From Planctomycetota bacterium (lineage in GTDB: Bacteria; Planctomycetota; UBA1135; UBA2386): a DNA stretch of 64,000 bases. Position numbers and translations under genes: made by a program. The stretch is from positions 4,160,001-4,224,000 of the forward strand of contig OZ245838.1 of assembly GCA_965228735.1 (NCBI GenBank), given 5' to 3'. Below, piece after piece: positions 56,463 to 64,000 of this stretch (position 1 is its first letter; each line of letters starts with the position of its first letter). The notes under the pieces were generated by a model that saw nothing but the letters and a program-made list of their open reading frames with translations, was not told the origin of the DNA and made no database searches.

Positions 56463-59400
56463 ATGGCCGACGAACCGAGTGCGCCCGACGGATCACCCGA
56501 GCAGATCGAAGAGCTGCTCGGCCCGGTCCTCGACTGCCCCGCCGGCGATCAGGATCGGGCGCTCGCAGAACTGGCTGCGGCACACCCTGCACTCGCCGAC
56601 GAGCTGCGGTCGCGGTTCGAGCAGTACCGTGAGCTGCTCCACGCCGTGCCACCCGAGCGGCGCCCGATCGACGGTCGTTTCGGCGAGTTCGAACTCGTTC
56701 GTGAGCTCGGACGCGGCGGCATGGGCGTCGTCTACCTCGCCCGCCAGGAACGAGCCGGTCGCGACCGACTCGTGGCACTCAAAGTCGTGCGCGGCCATCG
56801 GCTCCTGTCGGACTCCGCACGCGAACGACTGCACCGCGAAGCGGCGGTGGCGTTCCGGCTCGACGACCCCGGCATCTGCCCGGTCTTCGATGTCGGCGAC
56901 GTCGACGGGGTGCCGTGGCTGTCGATGCGATACGTCGAAGGCCGCACGCTTGCCGAGCACGTCGCCGATGCGAATCGGCTCGGCGCCCTCGATCTGCCGT
57001 TCGCGGCGCTCCGCTCCAACGACGACGAGTCCACGACCACGGGTTCGAGCTCGACCGGGCACCGCTACGCCGCGGTCCTGATGCTCGGCGAACGCCTGGC
57101 GAGGGCGCTGCACACCGCGCACCAGGCCGGCTTCGTCCATCGCGATGTGAAGCCGGGCAACGTGATGATCACACCACAGGGGCAGCCCGTGCTCCTCGAC
57201 TTCGGGCTCGTGCTCGAGTCCAGCGAGACCCACGCGTTGACGGCCACGGGTGAGCTCCTCGGCACTCCGGCCTACATGGCGCCCGAGCAGGTCGAAGGCC
57301 GGGGGCCCGTCGGCCCCGCGGCAGACGTCTACTCGCTCGCCGCAACGCTGTTCGAGGCGATCGCGTTGCGTCGGCCGTTCGAGGGCAGTACCCGAGCCGA
57401 ACTCTTCGCCAACATCCTGCAGCAACCGCGCCCCGACCTGCGGCGGTTCGCGCCCGGCATCTCACGCGATCTGCACCTCGTGTTCCGTACGGCGATGGCG
57501 CGCGAGCCCGAGCAGCGCTACGTCACGGCCCTCGACTTCGCGATGGAGCTTCGCAGGGTGCGGCGCCGCGAGCCGATCGTCACCCGGCCACCGAGCCTCA
57601 CGCACCGCATGGGACTCTGGGCCGGGCGCAACCGCCTTGCCGCCACCCTGCTCGTGAGCCTCGTCGTCGCACTCGGTCTCGCGCTCGCGTCGCTCGGCAA
57701 AGCCATCAACGCCACCGCCGACGCGCAACGCAATCTCGCCGGCGCGCGCCAGGCCGTGGCCGAGCTCGTGCGCGTCCAGCACGAAGAACTCAGCGACGTG
57801 CCCGGCCTCGGACCCCTGCGGCGCGACATGCAAGAACGGGCGCTCGCGTTGCTGCGCGACGTGCGCGCGACCGCAGGTGACGACCCAGCGTTGGCCTTCG
57901 ACAATGCCGAGGCCCTCATCCTCGGCGCAAAGCTCGAACTCGCCCTCGGGCGCCCCGAGACGAGCGCCGCCATGCAGCGCGAATCGTGGCCGTTCGTCCG
58001 CGATCTCGGTGACTCGACCGCAGCCCGATCCGTGCGCGGGTACTGGTGGTTCGTCGAAGGTGAACGCGAAGAACGCGCCGGGCGAGTCGAGCCAGCCATC
58101 ACGGCCTACCAGGCCGCGATCGCCGAGCTCACGAGCGGCGCGGCACCGCTCACGGATCGCCTGCGCGCCATCCGAGCGCTGACCCAGATCGGCGACATGC
58201 ACGAACGCCAGAGTGATCGCGACCGCGCGATCGCGGCCGTGACCCGCGCCATCGAGCTCGGTGAGGGCATGCCTCTGGAGTCGAACGCGTCAGCGATCAC
58301 GGTGCTCGCCGGAGCTCTGCGACAACGCTCGGAGTTGTACCGCGAGTCGGACCGGCTAGCCGAGGCCGAAGCCGACCTCATTGCTGCGACCACCGCCGTC
58401 CGCGCTCTACTCGGTGCCGGCCACGGCTCGCGCCACGCGCGCTATCGGCTGTCGGATTGTCTGATCTCGCATGCGACACTCCTGCGCCGCCTCGGGCGCG
58501 ACGCGGAACGGCGCACGTTGCTCGCCGAAGCGGTAGACGTGCTCGAGAGCCTGGCCGCGTCGTTTCCGAGCATGGCGAGCTATCGCGGATCCCTCGCCGT
58601 CGCTCTGAACAATCGCGCCGCGCAGCTCGCAGCCGACGGGGAACCGGAAGCAGCGCGTGCATCGCTGCGGCGCGCGATCGCGGTCCTGTCGCGACTGCTC
58701 GAAGAATCGCCCGAGAACGTCCGCTACCGCGCAACCCTCGCGCAATCACACTTCAACCTCGGCAACCGCCTGCGGGCCGATCGAGCGGCAGCTCGGCCGC
58801 ACTTCCGGGCTGCGCTCGCGGAGATCGACCGGGTGATCGAGCAGCAACCCGCCTTCGCTCGCCATTTCGAGTTCGCGGCCCGCATGGCGATGAACCTCGC
58901 GATCGGGCATGCCATCGACGGCGATTCCGAAGCGGCGGCAGCCTTCGCGCGAGCGCGCGGCTACGCCGAGACCGTCCTGCAACTGCGCCCCAACGATCAA
59001 CGCACCATGGGAATGCGCGGGCTGTTGCTGTTCAACGAGGGCGCGTTCCGGTCCGACCACGGCGACTTCGCGGCCGCGCAACCCCTACTCGAAGAGGCCG
59101 TGGCGCAGGCCCACGTGTGCTTCGAGGCGGCGCCCGGCAACGCTCGGCGAGCCAGCGATCTCGTGCGCTGGAGCACCCGCTGTGCGCAGATCGCCGAGTT
59201 GAACGACGGCCAGGGCCAGGATGGTACGGGCGCCTGGACCGCGGCGGACGCGTCCTGGCAACGGCTGCCAGAACCGTTGCAACAGCGCCTCATGCGATCG
59301 CCGGACACTGCGCTCGCGCGTTTGGCCGTCGAACGGGCACTGCTCGCACAGCGGGCCGCGAACGGCGACCCGACCGTGGACGCAGAACTCGCGCGCATCA

Positions 59401-59684
59401 GCGATCACCTCGCCGAGCTCACCCAGCACGAGCGCGCCGGCGGCGCCGTGTTTGCGGAGGCGGTGTGCTGCCTGCTCGACCGCCTCCGCGCCACGACGAC
59501 GGCGAACGAACGCCAAGCCGAACTGCGCCGCGCCCTGGCTGCACAGCTCGTCGCCTGGCCGGCCAAGGCTCGACCCGATGGCGTCACCCGGGCGCGACTC
59601 GAGCGGCGTGCCGCCGAACTCACGACGTTCGTCGCAACCGACTCGCCCGCACATGCGATGCTCGAGCGGTTGCAGTTGCGATGA
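56463..59684 (+). CDS. Ser/Thr protein kinase with TM and TPR-like domain; paralogue of 6051..9275
   Basis: LGRGGMGVVY, HRDVKPGN, DFG and GTPAYMAPEQ; the kinase domain aligns nearly residue for residue with the first copy. Confidence 0.93.
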   Translation: MADEPSAPDGSPEQIEELLGPVLDCPAGDQDRALAELAAAHPALADELRSRFEQYRELLHAVPPERRPIDGRFGEFELVRELGRGGMGVVYLARQERAGRDRLVALKVVRGHRLLSDSARERLHREAAVAFRLDDPGICPVFDVGDVDGVPWLSMRYVEGRTLAEHVADANRLGALDLPFAALRSNDDESTTTGSSSTGHRYAAVLMLGERLARALHTAHQAGFVHRDVKPGNVMITPQGQPVLLDFGLVLESSETHALTATGELLGTPAYMAPEQVEGRGPVGPAADVYSLAATLFEAIALRRPFEGSTRAELFANILQQPRPDLRRFAPGISRDLHLVFRTAMAREPEQRYVTALDFAMELRRVRRREPIVTRPPSLTHRMGLWAGRNRLAATLLVSLVVALGLALASLGKAINATADAQRNLAGARQAVAELVRVQHEELSDVPGLGPLRRDMQERALALLRDVRATAGDDPALAFDNAEALILGAKLELALGRPETSAAMQRESWPFVRDLGDSTAARSVRGYWWFVEGEREERAGRVEPAITAYQAAIAELTSGAAPLTDRLRAIRALTQIGDMHERQSDRDRAIAAVTRAIELGEGMPLESNASAITVLAGALRQRSELYRESDRLAEAEADLIAATTAVRALLGAGHGSRHARYRLSDCLISHATLLRRLGRDAERRTLLAEAVDVLESLAASFPSMASYRGSLAVALNNRAAQLAADGEPEAARASLRRAIAVLSRLLEESPENVRYRATLAQSHFNLGNRLRADRAAARPHFRAALAEIDRVIEQQPAFARHFEFAARMAMNLAIGHAIDGDSEAAAAFARARGYAETVLQLRPNDQRTMGMRGLLLFNEGAFRSDHGDFAAAQPLLEEAVAQAHVCFEAAPGNARRASDLVRWSTRCAQIAELNDGQGQDGTGAWTAADASWQRLPEPLQQRLMRSPDTALARLAVERALLAQRAANGDPTVDAELARISDHLAELTQHERAGGAVFAEAVCCLLDRLRATTTANERQAELRRALAAQLVAWPAKARPDGVTRARLERRAAELTTFVATDSPAHAMLERLQLR

Positions 59685-59731
59685 TCGTCTGGGCGTCCAC
59701 TGGCGAGGGGCCTGGAGCGTCCGAACCCGGA

Positions 59732-60409
59732 CTAATCCTCGGTCGCGTCCGCCGCCTCGCGCTCGGCCAGCAATAGCTCGAGCTCGCCACCACGCAGCCG
59801 CTTCACGACCCGCGTGAGCCGGAGAAGGCCGCGATGAAACCGCATGCGCGCGGCGTCGGGCGACATGCCCAGGGCTGCACCCGCAGTCGTGAAGTCGAGT
59901 TCTTCGAACGTTCGCGCATGAATGAGCCGCCGGTCCGTTGGCGGCATGAACTCGAGACCGATGCGAATCCACCCCAGCTCTTCGGATCGGGCCGCGACCG
60001 ACGGCGGCGCCGGCGACCGCGAGTCGCCCGTGAGCACGAGACATGCCCGGCTCGCATCGGTCGCCGAGACCGTCATCGCGACGGCCACGGGCAGCGGTCG
60101 ACTCGCGAGCGAACGTCCCCGATCCGCGAGCAGGTTGCTGATCATGCGAGCAAGCAGGCGGCGGAACTGAGCCCGGCTCGCGACGAGAAACCGCGGTGTG
60201 TACTCGAGGACACGCAGCGCGAGCTCCTGGATCGCATCGCTCGTCTCCTCGAGCTGCCGCAACGCGGCGCCGCGCCGCTTGCGGATCTCGCGTTCGATCC
60301 AGTCGCGATCGCGCTCGAACAGATCGACGGCAGCGGCGTGGTCACCATCGAGCCACAGCCGCAACAGCGATTGCGTGTCGTCGTGTTCTGGCACCGCACG
60401 GATTGTCAC
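59732..60409 (-). CDS. ECF sigma-70 factor; paralogue of 9282..9914
   Basis: RDRDW, LEETSDAIQEL, PRFLVA and EELGWIRIGLEF are shared with the first copy. Start at 60409 or 60394. Confidence 0.88.
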   Translation of the reverse strand: MTIRAVPEHDDTQSLLRLWLDGDHAAAVDLFERDRDWIEREIRKRRGAALRQLEETSDAIQELALRVLEYTPRFLVASRAQFRRLLARMISNLLADRGRSLASRPLPVAVAMTVSATDASRACLVLTGDSRSPAPPSVAARSEELGWIRIGLEFMPPTDRRLIHARTFEELDFTTAGAALGMSPDAARMRFHRGLLRLTRVVKRLRGGELELLLAEREAADATED

Positions 60410-60465
60410 GCATGCCGGACCTCACGTCAGGGCCCGCGTCGACGATTCACAAAATGTCGTCGGGC

Positions 60466-63105
60466 CTAGCGACCGGACCGCTCTCGCCGTTGCTGCAACT
60501 GCGATAGCGCCGCTTCCGCGGCCCGGCGATCGGCGTCGTGCTTCGCGTCCTGACCGAAGTGCTCGGCCGCCGCGCGCAAGCAGCGCTCGGCCTCATCGAG
60601 GCGATCCAATTCCAGCAGGTTGCGGCCATGCGCCAACCGCAGGCGCGCAATCTCGCCGCGCTCGTTCTCAGGCCAGTGCTCGAGGGCCTGCTGCATCAAC
60701 TCGCTCCCGGTCGTCCGGTCCCCCTGCGCAACGCAGATCCGGGCGCGCGACTCGAGCAACTCGAGCGTGATCGGAGCGGTCGCCCCAACGGCTCCGACGG
60801 CCGCCTCGTACGTCGATAGCGCGAGGCTCGCGGCTTCGGCGTATCGCTCGGCGCGCAACCACAGGCGAGCCAGCTCACGCCCGGCGCGCAGCATCGCGCG
60901 GTTGCCCGGGTCGAGCGCCGCGCCATCCGCGCGCACCCGCCGCAACTCCTGCTCGGCCGCTTCGACATCCCCCAGTTCTGTGAGGATGCCCGCGAAGCTG
61001 ATCACCGTATGGAGGGTCACGACATGCCCGTCACCCCGCACCCGCCGCGACGCCTCGACGACGTGGCGCATCGCCGCTCCGGCCTCCTCCAGGCGCCCCG
61101 TCCGCGCGAGCAGGTTCGCCAGATTGGCACGCGACGTCAGCGTGGAGACGTGCTCGCTGCCGAGGCGTTCGGCGCACAACGCCAACTCGCGCCGAACCCA
61201 GCGCTCTGCTTCAGCCAGTTCGCCGAGGTTGTAGTACACGATCCCGAGGTTGCTCATCGTCGTCTGCGTGTCCTCGTGGGCCTCACCGAGCAGGACCAAC
61301 CGACGGTCCACCACCATGCGGAGCAGCTCCTCGGCTTCGCGGTGCTTGCCGCGACGAGTCAGCAGCAGGCCGAAGTTGTTCGCAGCCGCCAGCGTCGTCG
61401 CGTCGTCCACACCGAACGCCGCAGACGTCGCCTGGTAATTGCGGCGCAACAGCGCCTCGAGCTCTTCGAAGCGCCCCTGCAGGGAATAGACCCGGCCCAG
61501 TCGCTGCTCGACTTCGAGGGTCGAGCGGTCGCCAGGGCCGACGTTACGCATGAACAGGTCGAGCGACCGCTGCAGGTGATGTTCCGCCGCTTCGAGGTCA
61601 CCGAGACTGCGGTAGGTGTGACCGATCGTCGAGCGAATCATCGCCTCGATGCGCGGTCGCTCCGGGAATCGCCCTTCGACTCGGCTCGCAGCGATGTCGA
61701 GGACCTCGCGCATCGTCGCGTCCTTGCCGGCCCCGTCGAGCGCGACGGCCCCGAGGAGTTCGTCGCGGAAGAAGTCGAGCATGTCGCCGCGCGCCACGAC
61801 CTCCGCCTGGGTCTTGTCTCGCTCGTCACTGATCTGCTTGCGCAGATTGTGTTCGCTCACGGCAAACACGGTCGGCCCCAAGATCAGACCGAGAACCGCG
61901 GTCACCGCCGCCCCCGCGATCGTCGGATGCCGGCGAACGTAGCGCAGCACGCGAACTCGCGGCCCCGGCCGGCGCGCATGAATGGGCCGCAGAGCCAGCA
62001 GGTTCTGCAGGTCCTCGTTCAATGCCGCAGCGGACTCGTACCGCTGCTCGGGCTCAGGCGCCATCGCGCTCCGGCAAACCGTCTCCGCCTCCCAGGTGAC
62101 GGCCCGATTGACGGTGCGGATCAACGGTGTCTCGCCGTTGACGATGCGACGCCGAACCGCGTCGTCCGGCCCGCCGTCACCCTGGAACGGCCGGCGCAAC
62201 GTCAGCAGTTCGTAGAGCAGGACTCCGAGGGCATAGACGTCCGTCCGACCATCGATTGCCGCCAGATCGCCGCGCACCTGCTCGGGTGCCATGTACGGTA
62301 GCGACCCGAGCTGCGCGCCGGTGCGGGTTACCGGTTCGTCGTCGGCCGTGCTCGCAAGGCCGAAGTCGAGGAGCATCGCGCGCATCGACCAGGTGATCAT
62401 CACGTTCGAGGGCTTGATGTCCCGATGCAGCACGTCGTGCGAATGCGCATAGCGCACCGCATCCGTGAGATCGCAAACCCAGCGAACACAGATCTCCGTC
62501 CACCCCATCGCCGAATCGCTGGCGCCGACGACATCACCCGGCGCCCCCAGAGCGACGAGCGCCGCCCGCACATCGTCGACGCCGAGACGCTCCAGCGAGC
62601 CGGCGTCCAGAGTCGCGAGCAGCTGATCGAGGCTGACGCCCTCGACCCGCTCCATCGTGAAGTACGGGACCTCGCCCGTCGTCTCCGCGGAATAAACCCG
62701 GACGATTGCCGGGTGCTGCAGGCGCGCGATGGCCGTGATCTCGCGATGGAACCGTTCGCGGGCGCGAGGGAAGTACAGGTAATCCGGCCGAATGAGCTTG
62801 AGCGCCACCTCACGCTGCAGTGCCGGCTGTTCCGCAAGGTAGACGACTCCCATCCCGCCCTTCCCGAGGCGACCCTTGATCAAGAACTCGCCGATACGGG
62901 TCGGCATGGTCTCCGCCGCGCCCGCTTCCCCATCGACCATGCCGACGCGGTCGAGTGATCGCAGGAGTTCGCGCAACACGACCGCGTGCGAAGGATGTTC
63001 ACCGAGCAACTCCTCGAGAGCATCCGTCCCGGCTTCCTCGAGCCGACGAATCGCTTCCGCGAGAAGTTCGACCGGGGGCTGGCTCGAATCCGACGCGACG
63101 GACAT
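60466..63105 (-). CDS. Ser/Thr protein kinase with TM and kinesin-light-chain-type TPR repeats
   Basis: LGKGGMGVVY, HRDIKPSN, DFGLA and GSLPYMAPEQ; repeats LGEAHEDTQTTMSNLG and LGSEHVSTLTSRANLA. Start at 63105 or 63117. Confidence 0.92.
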   Translation of the reverse strand: MSVASDSSQPPVELLAEAIRRLEEAGTDALEELLGEHPSHAVVLRELLRSLDRVGMVDGEAGAAETMPTRIGEFLIKGRLGKGGMGVVYLAEQPALQREVALKLIRPDYLYFPRARERFHREITAIARLQHPAIVRVYSAETTGEVPYFTMERVEGVSLDQLLATLDAGSLERLGVDDVRAALVALGAPGDVVGASDSAMGWTEICVRWVCDLTDAVRYAHSHDVLHRDIKPSNVMITWSMRAMLLDFGLASTADDEPVTRTGAQLGSLPYMAPEQVRGDLAAIDGRTDVYALGVLLYELLTLRRPFQGDGGPDDAVRRRIVNGETPLIRTVNRAVTWEAETVCRSAMAPEPEQRYESAAALNEDLQNLLALRPIHARRPGPRVRVLRYVRRHPTIAGAAVTAVLGLILGPTVFAVSEHNLRKQISDERDKTQAEVVARGDMLDFFRDELLGAVALDGAGKDATMREVLDIAASRVEGRFPERPRIEAMIRSTIGHTYRSLGDLEAAEHHLQRSLDLFMRNVGPGDRSTLEVEQRLGRVYSLQGRFEELEALLRRNYQATSAAFGVDDATTLAAANNFGLLLTRRGKHREAEELLRMVVDRRLVLLGEAHEDTQTTMSNLGIVYYNLGELAEAERWVRRELALCAERLGSEHVSTLTSRANLANLLARTGRLEEAGAAMRHVVEASRRVRGDGHVVTLHTVISFAGILTELGDVEAAEQELRRVRADGAALDPGNRAMLRAGRELARLWLRAERYAEAASLALSTYEAAVGAVGATAPITLELLESRARICVAQGDRTTGSELMQQALEHWPENERGEIARLRLAHGRNLLELDRLDEAERCLRAAAEHFGQDAKHDADRRAAEAALSQLQQRRERSGR

Positions 63106-63126
63106 CCCTGCTACCATACCAACAGT

Positions 63127-63666
63127 TTGAACGACCGACTCGGAGCCCTGCTCGCGGAGCACCTGCCACGGTTGCGAGCATACGTGCGACTGCACATGGG
63201 GCCGCAGCTCCGGCAGAAGGAGTCGGCGTCGGATCTCGTGCAGTCCGCCTGCCGCGAGGTTCTGCAGCGGGACGGTCAACCGCAGTTCGGGGGCGAGGCC
63301 GGTTTTCGGCAGTGGTTGTTCACGACCGCATTGCGCAAGGTCCGAGATCGCGTCGACTACTACCGTGCGGGTAAGCGGAACGTCGACCGCGAAGCCCCGA
63401 TGACCGACGGCGTCCTGGCGGGCATCTACGCCCACTGTGCGACCCCGAGCGCCGACCTCGACATGCGCGAGCGGATCGCCCGATTCGAGTCCGCATTCGA
63501 CGAGCTCGATGGCAATCACCGCGAGGTCATCACGCTGGCACGCATCGTCGGACTGTCACACCGCGAGATCGCCGCGACGATGGGGTGCACCGAGGCCGCC
63601 AGCAAGCAACTGCTGTATCGCGCCCTCGCCGAACTGGCCCTGGCACTCGAACGCCGGCCAGACTGA
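63127..63666 (+). CDS. ECF sigma-70 factor, kinase-associated, divergent from the kinase
   Basis: HLPRLRAYVR, KESASDLVQSACRE, FRQWLFTTALRK and GLSHREIAATMG. TTG start inferred. Confidence 0.87.
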   Translation: MNDRLGALLAEHLPRLRAYVRLHMGPQLRQKESASDLVQSACREVLQRDGQPQFGGEAGFRQWLFTTALRKVRDRVDYYRAGKRNVDREAPMTDGVLAGIYAHCATPSADLDMRERIARFESAFDELDGNHREVITLARIVGLSHREIAATMGCTEAASKQLLYRALAELALALERRPD

Positions 63667-63744
63667 TCGGCAGATCTCGGATTCTGCGTTACTTCCGGCG
63701 CGACCTCCCGATTCGGAGGAGTTCACTCACTCCGCCGAATCACG

Positions 63745-64000
63745 ATGCCCGAATCCACCGTTCTCCGTATCTGTGCCCTGACTCTCTTCGCGGCCGCCCT
63801 GGCACCGGCTTCCGCATCGCAAGCACCGACCTCGCAGGCCCCCGAAGTGCGCGCCGAAGGCGCCACCGCGACCGCGGCCGGCGACAGCTATCATGCCGTG
63901 TTCACGCCTTCTGGGCTCTCGTTCCACGCGCTGCCGGGGCCCGTTACCGGGTCGCCAAAGGTGCAGTTCGGCCTGCTCGCGGTGGAACGCGGCGGACAAC
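63745..64000 (+). CDS. Secreted protein, N-terminal part only; runs off the window edge
   Basis: Manual translation MPESTVLRICALTLFAAALAPASASQAP... stays open to the window end and begins with a signal peptide. Confidence 0.65.
   Translation, partial: MPESTVLRICALTLFAAALAPASASQAPTSQAPEVRAEGATATAAGDSYHAVFTPSGLSFHALPGPVTGSPKVQFGLLAVERGGQ

Overview
A very GC-rich bacterial window whose gene content points to Planctomycetota (inferred from ECF sigma/Ser-Thr kinase pairs, a membrane-tethered ECF, and ELWxxDGT, FG-GAP and prenyltransferase-repeat proteins). It carries about 47 CDSs. These include three ECF sigma/STK pairs (two of them a duplicated convergent cassette), a TolC/MFP/MacB-type ABC operon behind a Cys-rich leader ORF, an orphan adenine methyltransferase followed by a truncated SLOG-family remnant, and an ABC-2 exporter. 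A flagellar export and regulation operon (fliO-fliP-fliQ-fliR-flhB-flhA-flhF-flhG-orf-fliA) has a sigma54-type promoter and is followed by four uncharacterised genes. There are also several enzymes, a serpin and a hipBA-type toxin-antitoxin pair. The most notable unexplained signals are: (1) two tandem exported proteins made of secretin N0/N1-like domains and a coiled coil with no secretin barrel; (2) two long intergenic inverted repeats sharing a GTAC-S-GAACC-NGN-TTC core (REP-doublet-like); (3) three TGCACGATCRTGCA palindromes at exact 61-bp spacing before hipB; (4) a C-terminal domain shared by unrelated secreted proteins; (5) the lipoprotein/CxC gene block after fliA; (6) a recurring GGAAN-N16-CGT ECF-type promoter. 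No rRNA, tRNA, CRISPR array or transposase was recognised. All calls come from reading motifs by eye, without database searches.
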